A DNA stretch of 64,000 nucleotides from an uncultured Gammaproteobacteria bacterium (lineage in GTDB: Bacteria > Pseudomonadota > Gammaproteobacteria > JAKDMP01), in contig CAWJLN010000008.1 in assembly GCA_963843735.1 (NCBI GenBank), positions 164,818-228,817 of the forward strand. The letters are read 5' to 3'. Every line of letters starts with the position of its first letter. Positions within the stretch are counted from its first letter, which is position 1. The position numbers and the translations under genes were made by a program. Below are positions 51,006 to 61,248 of the stretch, piece by piece. Below the pieces are notes generated by a model that was not told the origin of the DNA, did not search any database, and worked only from the letters and a program-made list of their open reading frames with translations.

Positions 51006-51587
51006 ATGACTCAATCCCTCCCGCTCACTAACAGTTCCAAGCTCGCCCTCGTCGATGACGACCTGTTCGATGACTTATCTCGCTATCGCTGGCGGCTCAA
51101 CAGCTACGGCTATGTTGTGCGTTCGTATCGCACCGACGCTGGTCGGAACACCTATGTCTGCCTTCATCGCCAGATCATGAACGCTCAGCACGGTCAATAC
51201 ATTGACCACAGGAACAACGATAAGTTGAACAATGTCCGCGCCAATCTCCGCTTCTGCTCCCAGAGCCAGAACCTCGCCAATCGACGCCTCCACCAGAACA
51301 ACTCCTCCGGCTTCAAAGGCGTGATTTTCCAGCACGGGAAATGGCACGCCCGCATCCAAAAAGACCGCCGTGACCTCCATCTCGGCTTCTACGCCGATCT
51401 CCGCTGTGCCGCTCTCGCCTACGACTGTGCGGCCAAACTGCTCTACGCCGATTTCGCTCGCCTCAATCTCCCCGACTGCCCTACCCCACCCGACATCGAG
51501 GCCAAGGTGCTGCATGTACCTCACCCGCCACGCCGCCACGCTGAGCGTGCGGTTTCATCACTTCCATCACCGCTGTATACAAACTGA
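51006..51587 (+). CDS. HNH endonuclease with AP2-type DNA-binding domain (free-standing homing-endonuclease-like)
   Basis: 193 aa; HNH_3-like YVCLHRQIMNAQHGQYIDHRNNDKLNNVRANLR and AP2 domain SSGFKGVIFQHGKWHARIQKDRRDLHLGFYADLRCAALAYDCAAKLLYADFARLN. Confidence 0.7.
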   Translation: MTQSLPLTNSSKLALVDDDLFDDLSRYRWRLNSYGYVVRSYRTDAGRNTYVCLHRQIMNAQHGQYIDHRNNDKLNNVRANLRFCSQSQNLANRRLHQNNSSGFKGVIFQHGKWHARIQKDRRDLHLGFYADLRCAALAYDCAAKLLYADFARLNLPDCPTPPDIEAKVLHVPHPPRRHAERAVSSLPSPLYTN

Positions 51588-51664
51588 TCGAGCGCATCCA
51601 AAAGGCGGGCAACAAACCTGTTCGTATAGCCTATATCAGTGATTTCGATCCCGCAGGTGCGTCG

Positions 51665-52225
51665 ATGCCGCTGGCCTTCTCCCGCAAGCTCGAATTCATG
51701 CTGGTCAAGTACCTCGGCGATAAGGTCGATGTGCGGCTCAAGCAGATTGCCCTCAATCAGCAGCAGGTCGAGCAGTACGACATCGTGCGCGTCCCGATCA
51801 AGGAGACTGAGCTGCGCGCCGGTCGCTTTGAGGCTACTCATGGTGGCGTGGGCGGTGCCGAGCTGGACGCTCTCGAAGCGCTGCACCCTGGCACCCTGGC
51901 GGCGATGGTCGAGAATTTCTTCGAGGACTACTACAGCCACGATGCTGCCCGCTTCGCCGAACGGCAGGCCCGCGCGCTGCGCCAAGACGTTCAGGAACAG
52001 CTTGAGGCTATCCGCGAGGAATATGCCGAACAGTTCGACGCCCTGAAAGCCGCGCTGGATGAGATGCGCGCTGTGAAGCCAAGCCAGCGCTATACCGTCG
52101 AGGCGTTCAAGGCGGAAGTCGAAGAAACCGACGACTGGCTGTTCGACAGCAGCCGGGACTATTTCGAGCAGCTAAAGTCGTATCAGGCGCACAAGAATGG
52201 GCACAACCTGGCGGACGCCCGATGA
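51665..52225 (+). CDS. hypothetical protein (186 aa), possibly phage-related
   Basis: ATG 51665 with AGGTG RBS; acidic and coiled-coil rich; no recognised domain. Confidence 0.4.
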   Translation: MPLAFSRKLEFMLVKYLGDKVDVRLKQIALNQQQVEQYDIVRVPIKETELRAGRFEATHGGVGGAELDALEALHPGTLAAMVENFFEDYYSHDAARFAERQARALRQDVQEQLEAIREEYAEQFDALKAALDEMRAVKPSQRYTVEAFKAEVEETDDWLFDSSRDYFEQLKSYQAHKNGHNLADAR

Positions 52226-52243
52226 GCCCGCGTTGATTCAGTT

Positions 52244-53470
52244 TCAGGCAGCGCCCTCCCCTACCCGTTCCAGCCATTCTTCCTTGAGCAGACAGCAAAT
52301 CTCCACTGGCTGCCCGTACACGTCCCCCAGCACCCGCTTGATCAGCCGAGCCAGCCGGTAGCGCAGCAGATCGCGCGCGTAAGCCTGAAAAGCGACCAGC
52401 ACGAAAGTGTGGGTGTCTGGCTCGAAATCGACCAGCACTGCGGGTTGGAGTGCCTGATAGAACGAGCCAGAGTCCATTTGTAGTTGCAGTTGATGAGCCG
52501 CCCACAGCCAGGCGTCCTTCACCGTTTCCCCGGCTTCGCTGAAGCGCGTCCAGGGGATATTCAACCGTTCCGTTGTCGGCAGTGGGGTTTCTTGGACAGT
52601 TTCCGGCGCTTCGTCCAACTCCGTCTCGGTGAATATCGCCCAGGCTTGCGGGTTCGAGGCCGCTGGCGCGGCGGCCACCAACTCGTTTGCCAGCGCCCGG
52701 ACGACATAGTTCCAACTGTGCCCCCGCGGCACGCAGCGGTCGAGGACTTCGCGGACTTGGATTGCTCCCAGCCGGTCAAGCTGTGTCCGTAACAGCGGCT
52801 GAATGCTCTTCTTTAAATGGCCGAAGCGTTTTTCGTAAGTGGCAAATATCTGAAAATCGGAATCATCGTCCGGGTGGAGGGTGGGCTCAGGTTGAGACTG
52901 ATCTTCTGAAATGGATTCTGATGAAGTAGTCTCTGTATCCGTAGAAGACCCTACGCAATGTTCAGTATCCATACCGGGCAATGTTAAGGATCGATCCTTA
53001 ACATTGTTGGGGATCGATCCTTGACATTGTTCAGGATCGCCCTGCCCGAGCAGCCGTTGGATCGTTTCCAGAAAAACGTCGCGGTTGACCCGGTAATGGA
53101 CAGTCGGCGCGCCGGTCTTGTGCGCCTTCTTGACCACCGTTTCGATGCCCAGGTCATGCAGCGTGAACTGCGTCCGTTTGACACGCGGATCGCCCTGTAC
53201 GATGCGGCGCACCTGCGCCTCGCTCAGGCCGAGTTCGGCTTGCCAATCGGCATAGCTTTTGTAGAACCAGCCCTCCGGGTCTTGGGTGCGTTCCGACCAG
53301 TAGAGAATCTGGTTGAGCAGCATGGCGGCCAGATGATCATCGTCGAACAATTTGAGAAACGGTTTGGGGCACACACTGACGGTATTGTCACTGTAGGACT
53401 CGCCGAGCAGCGCTAACACTGCTTTGCGGAAACTAGCGCGGGGTTTGGGGTGTGGTAAAGTCATTTGCAT
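52244..53470 (-). CDS. putative replication initiator (N-terminal winged-helix-like DNA-binding region, acidic Ser/Thr-rich linker, C-terminal DnaD/DnaB_2-like domain)
   Basis: 408 aa; the C-terminal third has the YE..FG...L...W pattern of DnaD-like replisome-organiser domains (ATYEKRFGHLKKSIQPLLRTQLDRLGAIQVREVLDRCVPRGHSWNYVVRAL); the linker coincides with the DNA repeats at 52955-53035. Confidence 0.5.
   Translation of the reverse strand: MQMTLPHPKPRASFRKAVLALLGESYSDNTVSVCPKPFLKLFDDDHLAAMLLNQILYWSERTQDPEGWFYKSYADWQAELGLSEAQVRRIVQGDPRVKRTQFTLHDLGIETVVKKAHKTGAPTVHYRVNRDVFLETIQRLLGQGDPEQCQGSIPNNVKDRSLTLPGMDTEHCVGSSTDTETTSSESISEDQSQPEPTLHPDDDSDFQIFATYEKRFGHLKKSIQPLLRTQLDRLGAIQVREVLDRCVPRGHSWNYVVRALANELVAAAPAASNPQAWAIFTETELDEAPETVQETPLPTTERLNIPWTRFSEAGETVKDAWLWAAHQLQLQMDSGSFYQALQPAVLVDFEPDTHTFVLVAFQAYARDLLRYRLARLIKRVLGDVYGQPVEICCLLKEEWLERVGEGAA
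52955..53035. repeat. iteron-like palindromic repeats inside the replication-initiator coding sequence (candidate origin)
   Basis: caatgttcagtatcc / caatgttaaggatcgatccttaacattgtt (perfect 26-bp palindrome aatgttaaggatc|gatccttaacatt at 52980-53005) / ggggatcgatccttgacattgttcaggatcg; motif (c)aatgt(t/c)aag(g)atc occurs about 4 times in both orientations. Confidence 0.5.
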
Positions 53471-54013
53471 CGATCCTTCAATCGAGTATAAGTGAGACGC
53501 CTGTTCATCGGCGCTGATCGACCAGATCAGCCCACTACCAGGGCATCAGTGCTTGCTCCTACCCAAACAGATCGATGTAATGGGTTGAAAAAAAGGAAAA
53601 TTAAACCTTAGGCTCGCAGGGCTTGCCTTTTTCAGGCATTTACGTTACCATTTGAGGTAACAAAGCCTCGGGCTATTTGCCCTGCGGGCCGCATATACAA
53701 TCTGTAGGGCAAAAGTGGCTTCGTTGCTTGGTCGGCATGTGGAAGCCTCTTTTTGCGTTAGGGTGCTGCACTGTTTCTAAGTGTCCACCATCGACACTGC
53801 TACATAATTCGGCTACATAAATCACTCCTCAAATAAACAGCCCCAAAGGCGGAAAGCTGCCGTTTGTGGCCGATCTTCAGTCCCAAGAAGTCATTCTCAA
53901 AACGGCGTTGGTAGTCATTACTAATCTGATCACCAACGTCTAAAACTATACCCGAAAACGGGCGATTTAAGCAAGCAATTCGATCCTGCCCTACTCGGCC
54001 TCTGGCGATCAGC

Positions 54014-54454
54014 CTAATCGAAAAAGCTGCTGGCATAGTTCTTCAAGAAGTTGTCGGCGACAGTCTTGGCGCTGGCTTTGCTGCTGCCGGTGATGACCAC
54101 GCCCGGCTCATCGCTGGGCGCTGAGTGCATCCGGGGCGCACCTAGTGGCGGCTGGATCGGAACATTGCCTTGTGCCAGCAGCAGCGCTTCCAGGCGGCTG
54201 ATTTGTTCCTGTAGCCGCTGCTCAGTCGGCACGGGAACGGGCTGTAGGGCTTCGCGTACCCAGGGGAATAACTCGAACAAAACCACGGTCTGCCCGGCGC
54301 GCAGGTCGCAAATCAGGCGAATACCGTCACGGATAGTTTTCGCAAATAAGCGTTCTTGTTTCAAAACTTCAATCTGCTCTATCAAAGCGTCTTCTTCTGT
54401 TTTAGTTGTGTCCAACCAAAACATGAACTTAAGTCGGAATCCCTGTTTGGACAT
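54014..54454 (-). CDS. hypothetical protein (about 146 aa from the second Met), divergent from the MerR-like gene
   Basis: ORF 54014..54514; internal start MSKQGFRLKFMFWLDTT... is more plausible; no recognised domain. Confidence 0.3.
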   Translation of the reverse strand: MSKQGFRLKFMFWLDTTKTEEDALIEQIEVLKQERLFAKTIRDGIRLICDLRAGQTVVLFELFPWVREALQPVPVPTEQRLQEQISRLEALLLAQGNVPIQPPLGAPRMHSAPSDEPGVVITGSSKASAKTVADNFLKNYASSFFD

Positions 54455-54590
54455 TTGCGATACTTTCAGTCTAGGCTTACACTTAGTGCAACTGTCACTT
54501 AGTGATAGTAACATAAAATAGGCGTTTATCCAAGCTGATGATCATCGTAGCATTAAACTAGTTTCATTTGGGCTTTGAGTTTACATGGAT

Positions 54591-54849
54591 GAGCGCTCAC
54601 TGGACGTTAAATGTGACGGTAAAGACCAAGTAGGGCTAACTCATCCAGGAATTGATGCTTGGTGGAGCCAAAATCGGAGGCTAATGGACTTAGAGATAGC
54701 GAAAACGAGCGCTCACTGGACATCAAATGTGACAGCCTTTCCAATGCCCACCAGCTTGTGCTACAACGCAATTCTCAATTCATGTTAAATTAGAGCTTCT
54801 TGGACTTAGAGATATGCTGAGTGAGCGCTCACTGGACGTAAAATTTGGC
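54591..54849. repeat. three about 27-bp direct repeats about 116 bp apart in the divergent intergenic region (candidate operators / regulator binding sites)
   Basis: gagcgctcactggacgttaaatgtgac (54591-54617), gagcgctcactggacatcaaatgtgac (54707-54733), gagcgctcactggacgtaaaatttggc (54823-54849); copies 2 and 3 are each preceded by ggacttagagata (54686, 54802); the gagcgctc core is palindromic. Confidence 0.6.
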
Positions 54850-54865
54850 AACCATCTCTTAAACA

Positions 54866-55429
54866 GTGGGTAATTTCCAAATGGCATATACAACCAATGA
54901 CTTGAAAACGTTGTTTAACGTTGCTCCAGAAACAATTCGGAATTGGACGCGAGAGTTTGCTCGCCACTTATCGGTTACGGCTAATCCTGAGAATGGCCGT
55001 ACTCGGATTTACAATGAGGAAGACCTCAAAATTATCGATCTCGTTCATCAGATGCGTGATCAGGGCCATCCTTATGAAGAAATTCATGCTGCGCTGGACG
55101 CAGGGCAGCGTGGAGCAGGCCCAGGCGTATCCCCTGAGGAACTCAAATCGATAGTCACAGGGGAGACTGAACGGCAGCTTTCCCTCGAAATTCAAATGCT
55201 GCGCCGTCAGCTTGCTATTGCGGACGAACGACTTCAGGAACTGGATGCGCTGCGTGAGCAGAATATCCGCCTGGATGCCGAGAAAGAAGCGGAAAAACGT
55301 CGCACTGATGAAATCAGCCTTCGGTTGAATGAGACTCAAGAGAAACTTGAAGCGCTTCTACGGGAGGTTGGACGCGCTTATCACGAGGGTTATATGGATG
55401 CTCTGAAAGAGAGCAAAGATCAAGATTGA
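54866..55429 (+). CDS. MerR-family helix-turn-helix regulator with C-terminal coiled coil
   Basis: 187 aa; N-terminal YTTNDLKTLFNVAPETIRNWTREF (MerR-type HTH) followed by a heptad-rich region (QLSLEIQMLRRQLAIADERLQELDALREQNIRL...). Confidence 0.65.
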   Translation: MGNFQMAYTTNDLKTLFNVAPETIRNWTREFARHLSVTANPENGRTRIYNEEDLKIIDLVHQMRDQGHPYEEIHAALDAGQRGAGPGVSPEELKSIVTGETERQLSLEIQMLRRQLAIADERLQELDALREQNIRLDAEKEAEKRRTDEISLRLNETQEKLEALLREVGRAYHEGYMDALKESKDQD

Positions 55430-55599
55430 GGTTCCTTGAGCCAGTTCTATCCAACTAGAGCTGAACGTGTGCCATGTCAGAATGTATCCGAAGCTTCGAC
55501 AGACTTTTCGCGGGAAATGTGGCACGATAGATGGTATCTGGTTCATCTGACAAGTTTGGTGCTAGACAGTGGAGTTGGTGTTCACTCTCTAATTTGGAG

Positions 55600-55905
55600 T
55601 CATAACATGAGTGCACTTGAGAGAGAGAGATTATTGAGAAGTTTCACCAGTTGGACAAAGATGCGCAGCAGCGAGTACGAGCGCTGATTGATCAGGAAGC
55701 AGAAGGCGGGCAGGGCGTCCGCGCTGTCGGGATCATCCACCAGCGAGGCGAAAATCACCGCCCGCGCCGCCACCAACGGTCGCCGCGCCCACCACAGATG
55801 CAGCGTGGACGGATGCCCGTGCCGGATGGATTTCTCGCGGGCGCTGGCGACATCGATCGCTTCCAGCGGCAGCGCGACTTCGATCAGCTTTTTACGAGTG
55901 GTCAT
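55600..55905 (-). pseudogene. N-terminal fragment (about 100 aa) of a DUF1156-family protein (putative defence-associated methyltransferase); body of the gene missing
   Basis: [59 protein letters not shown] is the conserved DUF1156 N-terminus; similarity decays after about 65 aa and the ORF stops at 55600, whereas full-length members are several hundred aa longer. Confidence 0.55.
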
Positions 55906-56348
55906 GAGGCGTTTTCCGGTGAAACTAGGGTAATTTGGTCATTAAAACGTTTGAGGTCGGCTGTATTCAGGGTCAATAGGGTGTCGATGCCGTATACCAG
56001 CATGGTCGCGACGATGTTGGTGTCATGCACCTGCTTGCCCGCCGTCGGATAGGTTTTCAGGAGTTCCAGTAATTTGACACGCACAGCGACGGTTTCGTCG
56101 GCAATCTGAAACAGCGGCGTGATTTTGTTGATTTCATCGACCACTTCCCCCATCGTCAGCGGTATTTTGAGCGTTTTCGGATGCGTCGCTTGCACCATAA
56201 ATTCGCGGATGACCTGCCCATTGATCCACAGTTCGGTATTTTCGCGCAGCATTCGCCGGAACAGGGTGTCACATTCGGCGTGCAGGTTCATATCGGTGAA
56301 GACCGTGCGCAGCAAAATATTGGTATCGACAAAGGCTTTAACGGCCAT
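55902..56348 (-). CDS. vapC: PIN-domain ribonuclease toxin VapC
   Basis: Start at [13 protein letters not shown] (Met 15 of ORF 55902..56390); PIN acidic residues (D in VDTN, E in ...HAECD..., D in VHDTN...). Confidence 0.8.
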   Translation of the reverse strand: MAVKAFVDTNILLRTVFTDMNLHAECDTLFRRMLRENTELWINGQVIREFMVQATHPKTLKIPLTMGEVVDEINKITPLFQIADETVAVRVKLLELLKTYPTAGKQVHDTNIVATMLVYGIDTLLTLNTADLKRFNDQITLVSPENAS

Positions 56349-56568
56349 CGTCGTCGTACCAATCCTCACGGCGCACCGAAGGCGCTTCATTCATCGGATT
56401 ACTCAGCGTCGCCGCGTCCAGCAGTTGCAATTTTTCATCGACGGTCAGCGGGCGCTGTTCGGCACGGCGTGCCAGCACCCGAACAATCAGGGTCTTTTGT
56501 TGCTCTTCTGGGAGCTGCTCAACCAGTTCAATCAGTTGCTCGTAGTCAATTTTCAACTGCACAGCCAT
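56338..56568 (-). CDS. vapB: VapB-type antitoxin (small DNA-binding protein)
   Basis: 76 aa; overlaps the vapC start by 11 nt; typical toxin-antitoxin gene organisation. Confidence 0.55.
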   Translation of the reverse strand: MAVQLKIDYEQLIELVEQLPEEQQKTLIVRVLARRAEQRPLTVDEKLQLLDAATLSNPMNEAPSVRREDWYDDDGR

Positions 56569-59500
56569 TATCGTGGCTCCTCGCTCATTGCCAGTAGGTC
56601 ACCTAGATTATAGTTCACGCTGGTCACATTCAAGTCGGGTTCGCGGCTGAACGGTTGGCGCACATACCGCGCCGGACGCGCCGCCTGTCCCTCAATCTCC
56701 ACCAGCGCCAGGATAAACTGCTCTTGAGTATTGAACGCCGTCAAAATCTCGTTGCGCGTCACTGTGACGGTATGCGCATCCGGCGCGCCGCCCCTTCACC
56801 TCGATGAAGCGCAGCCGCCCACTGCGCCCGTCGCGGCTCTCAATGTCATAGCCGATCTTCGCGCCGCTCACATCGCGCGGATCATTCCCCAGCGCGATCT
56901 CAGCTTCCGTCACCGCCCGCATGGCGATCTGCTCCGTGATGCGAGTGTCCAGAGTTGCTGCTAATCCGTCACTATCCGTCACTAGCCCGATGGGGACGAT
57001 CAGCGCCCCACCCATGATGGTTGGCGGCGCGGCGGTGATTTGCCGCTCCTGCTCAAGCTGGATTTTGCGCTGCTTCAGCCGCTCGGCCAGCCGATCCGCC
57101 CGTTCCTGCGCCCGCCCGGAATTGAGCTTGGCGTTAGGCTTGCCTGCTTGTTCCTGCGCCCGTAGTTCGCCTGCGCGGAAGTCCCAGTAGTTGATTTCTT
57201 TGGTCAGCCGCTCCTGCACCGCCGCCTCAATTTTGGCAATCAGTTCCAGCCGCCGCTGGCGTACCCGCTCCAAGTGCGGCGGCACCAGTTGCTCAATGGC
57301 GTAGGCTGTCGCCTGCCGTTCTAACGCCGTCCCCTTCAGCCAGTCCCGTTCCAATACCGGACGCAGCAGAGCGATTTCTTCGGCAGTTGCCGGTCGGTAG
57401 TCGAGATAGAGTGCGCCCCCGCCCGCTCGCACTTTTCCCTCGGCATCAATCTCCACAAAATGCACCTCCCGCGAGATGATTCTTCTCTCAAAACCGGGGG
57501 TTGGCGCTGCATCCCGGATGGCTTGTTCCAGGTAGAACAGGGCGCGGGGCTGGTCGCCTGCGTCCGTCTCATCGATCAGGATAGCACCTTGTTGCAGCAC
57601 GTCCCGGAATCGTTCTAGCAGCAGCCCAATGGTCGCATCGAGCAGGGGATGACCAGGGCAGATAAAGGCCGCAGGCGGCAGGTTCAACTGGTTGATCAGG
57701 GATTTCTCAAAACAGATACGCTCATACCGGGTGCTGATCGCGCCCAAACCGCGCTCTTTAGCCCAGTGGCGAATGCTGGCTGGGACGTTGTGGATGGCGT
57801 AGCGCCCGCTCTCGCGCTCATAGATTGTGCCGCCAAGCTGCTCGAAAGCTTGCAGGAAAAATGCTTTGATGTAGTAGGGCTGCAAACGCCGGGCAGAAGC
57901 GCGCTCCATCTCCTCGCGGATACGAATAATCTGGCTCACATCGAGCTGCGTTTGTACCAGCGATTCCCGTTCAAGCAGGTCGCGTACATGTTCCCGATCC
58001 ATAACATTGTCAACCACCTGCTCCAGGCGCGCCCGGATGGCTGGATCATTGCCATAACGCACTGCTTCTACCAACAGCTTGCGCAGCGATGTTTCCTGAA
58101 ACAGCTTGCCCAATACATCGAACACCTGCCCATCGAGGGCATGACGCTCGGCTTCCAATTTCTTCAAGAGCCGCTGGTAAACGCCGCCTTCACGCGTTTC
58201 GCCTGCTACCAGATTCCAGAGATGGCAAATCTCAGTCTGCCCAATCCGGTGAATCCGCCCGAAACGTTGTTCCAGTCGGTTGGGATTCCAAGGTAGGTCA
58301 TAGTTGACCATCAGATGAGCGCGCTGAAGATTGATACCTTCGCCAGCGGCATCCGTTGCCAGCAGGATGAATACCTCCGGGTCGTTGCGGAATTGATCTT
58401 CGATCCGACGACGTTCGTCACGTGGTACGCCACCATGAATGCAGACAATCGGTTCGGTTCGACCGAGCAGGGTGGTCAGCCGTTCCCGCAGATAATTGAG
58501 CGTATCGCGATGTTCGGTGAAAATTACCAGTTTGCGCAGCCCTTGAATGGGATCGCGCATTTCTGGAGTGTCTTGCAGCAAACGGAGTAACTCGTTCCAC
58601 TTTCGATCCGTACCACTTCGTCTTAACTGAAGTGCCTGCTGCTCCAGCGTTCGTAAACTGGTAATTTCCGCTTGTAGTTCGGTGATGGTTCGGGCAGCGG
58701 TCGCGCTGTCCACGAGTTCCATCTCAACTGCCTCGACTTCAGCATCGGGAGCATCGTCTATATCATCCCAGTAATCTTCATCCAGAACGGGATATTCAGT
58801 GAGGGGCAGTTCGCGGCTGTGTTGAACATCTTTTAAGCGTTTTTCGAGCCGTTCTTTCCACCGCTTGAGCGATTGGTAAATGGCTTCTGGGGAGGAAGCT
58901 AACCGTCGTTGCAAAACGGTCAAGGCAAAGCCGATAGTACCTTTGCGGCCATCGTTTTCAAGTTGATCAGCCCGGTTAAACTCTTCCCGCACATAATCCG
59001 TAACAGCCTCGTAGAGAACCGCCTCTTCGGAGGAGGGGGCATGGTTGACGGTATAAGCTCGGCGTTCCGGGAACAGCGGCTTACCATCGAATTTGAGCAG
59101 TTTCTCCTTGACCATTCGACGCATTAAGTCGGAGACATCCACCCGATGAACTCCATCCCGGAACCGGCCTTCAAATCGATCTGCGTCGAGCAGAGCCAGA
59201 AAAAGCTGAAAAATCTTCTTCTTTGCCATTGTGGGGCGTGGCAGTCATCAGCAGCAGGTGGCGAGTGAGAGTCCCCAGTAATTTGCCCAGCTTGTAGCGT
59301 TTCGTCTCTTTCAGTTCGCCGCCAAAGAAGGAGGCCGATAACTTGTGGGCTTCGTCACACACCACTAAATCCCAATCAGTTGCTTGCAGACGGGTTTGCA
59401 AATCTTCGCTGAGGCTGACCTGATCCAGGCGGACGATAAGCTGGTCATATTCGGCGAAGGGATTACCACTGCGGGCCGTCTCCGCCATTTCCCGGCTGAG

Positions 59501-60094
59501 AATCTTGAAGTCGAGTTGGAATTTAGTCCATAGCTCGTCCTGCCATTGTTCCGTCAGGTTGCCTGGAGCGCAGATCAAACAGCGCTTCACATCTCCCCGA
59601 ACGATCAACTCACGGATCAGCAGCCCGGCCATGATCGTTTTCCCAGCACCGGGATCATCGGCCAACAGATAACGCAGTGGTTGGCGTGTGAGCATCTCAT
59701 CGTAGACAGCTGTGATCTGATGGGGGAGGGGTTCGATCAAGGAAGTGTGGACAGCCAGCAAAGGATCGAAGAGGTGAGCCAAGTGAATCCGATAGGCTTC
59801 CGACACAAGGCGTAGAAGCGCGCCGTCCGCGCTGAAAGCCCAACGCCGTTCGTTGGTGACAATTTCGAGCAGCGGCTCATCGCTGCGGTAGACGAGCTGT
59901 GAGCCGAGTTGCCCATCAGCACGCTTGAAAATGACTTCGACGGCAGTCGCGCCATGCTGTTGCGCATCAATCAAAGTCACAGTTTGCTGGGGGACGAGGC
60001 CACGAACCTGAATGCCACGTTGTAAATCTTCGAGTTTAATCATTTGAGGGTTCAGTAGATCAAGTAATGCCAACCTGAAAATAGCTATGTACAA
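56568..60094 (-). pseudogene. SNF2-family helicase with C-terminal DUF3883-like (restriction-endonuclease-like) domain; at least two frameshifts
   Basis: N-terminal part (ORF 59171..60094) has DEXH helicase motifs DDPGAGKT, DEAHK, TATPHNG. Middle/C part (ORF 56692..59229) has HELICc motifs (LLATDAAGEGINLQ, NYDLPWNPNRLEQRFGRIHRIGQ) and ...GYDIESRDGRSGRLRFIEVKG. The tail continues in the frame of ORF 56568..56762 (TVTRNEILTAFNTQEQFILALVEIEGQA). Frameshift 1 is in an A5/T5 run at about 59,209-59,215; frameshift 2 at about 56,775-56,795. Confidence 0.75.
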
Positions 60095-60500
60095 TCAATA
60101 GTTATGAAAATTACTTTACTCTCATGAGAGTAGCTTGTCTAGACGCGATCTCTTAAGGGTGGTTTACCTAAATGAATGGGTGTTTCGGTGACTTCACAGC
60201 CACGCCATTTCCGCATTTTCCTCTCTTCGCTTGGCGCTATGGCCGAGGAGCGCCTACTGGCATTGCAAGGATGTGAACCCGACGAATTTCCTCTGCCGAC
60301 TGAGAATCTTCTCGTTATTATGGAAGCCACAGAGCTGAGGTAGACAGAAAAGCACCTGGAGAATTCAGTAGAGGAAACGCAACTTGCTCATCGTTTTAGT
60401 TGACTGGAACCAACAGCACCGGAATAGGTTCCAGCGATCCGCAAGCAAGAAGGGGAGGGGGCGTCAGGCTTATTTCAACCGGCAAGAAGGTGAGATAGGC

Positions 60501-61049
60501 TTACTCTGGGAACATATCTCGGACAGCCATTTTGAAGCCAGGCAGCACCTCGCCGCCGTCGATGACTTCATCGACACCCATTATTTCAACTGGCTGATCA
60601 GGGGCATACACTTCGACGGTTTGGCGCTGAGGACGAACCAGCCAGACGAGCACATCTGCTTCGGCATAGATCGCTAGTTTCCGCCGGATGGCTGGTTCCC
60701 GGTCGGTAGGGGAGACTACCTCGACCACCGGATCAGGGGCTAGAGGGTTATAGCCTTCACGGGCAAGATGATCCTGTCGCGCCGCAGCGACGAAGGCTAC
60801 ATCGGGCGACAGTTTCCGACCTACAACGAGGTAACCGGCACCTTCCCCGGTAACGCGCCCCAACTTGCGGGAGCGAACGAAAGCCAACAAGGCAGCAGCG
60901 ATCACAATCGCAATTTCGGAGCAAAAGGCGTTGGAAGGCACTTCGATGATCTCCCCGTCGATGAATTCAAACCGCAAATCGGCGTTTTCGGGCAAGGCGA
61001 TATAGTCATCAAAGTCCTGAGCGCTCACACCGGTCTTTTGGACAGCCAT
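60501..61049 (-). CDS. Uma2-family (DUF820) PD-(D/E)xK endonuclease
   Basis: 182 aa; FEFIDGEIIEVPSNAFCSEIA ... YLVVGRKLSPDVAFV ... VVEVVSPTD (catalytic D..E.K-like arrangement typical of Uma2). Confidence 0.75.
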   Translation of the reverse strand: MAVQKTGVSAQDFDDYIALPENADLRFEFIDGEIIEVPSNAFCSEIAIVIAAALLAFVRSRKLGRVTGEGAGYLVVGRKLSPDVAFVAAARQDHLAREGYNPLAPDPVVEVVSPTDREPAIRRKLAIYAEADVLVWLVRPQRQTVEVYAPDQPVEIMGVDEVIDGGEVLPGFKMAVRDMFPE

Positions 61050-61248
61050 GTTTCGTATGACCTATCTACTCCATATCGAGTATAGCACGTCAAATCAGGC
61101 GCGCAGCGTGAGCGGAAGTCCGTCAAGGTGAATGCGGTATCACTGGGGAACAACCCGCCCAAAAGCATCCATCATACCAATGTCGAGGCTTTCGCGATCC
61201 GTGTGCAGCATATAATACTCGCGGCGTTTATCGGCATGATGAAGTGTC

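Noticed and set aside
51545-51664. N-terminal extension of ORF 51665 (open frame with protein-like sequence LIERIQKAGNKPVRIAYISDFDPAG)
   Set aside because: No standard start codon in the extension, whereas ATG 51665 has a strong AGGTG RBS; kept the shorter call but the possibility that the HNH gene was inserted into a longer gene is noted.
54585-54850. CRISPR array
   Set aside because: Only three imperfect repeats, 27 bp with about 90-bp unequal spacers, partial second motif; lies in a promoter region between divergent regulator genes; no cas genes nearby.
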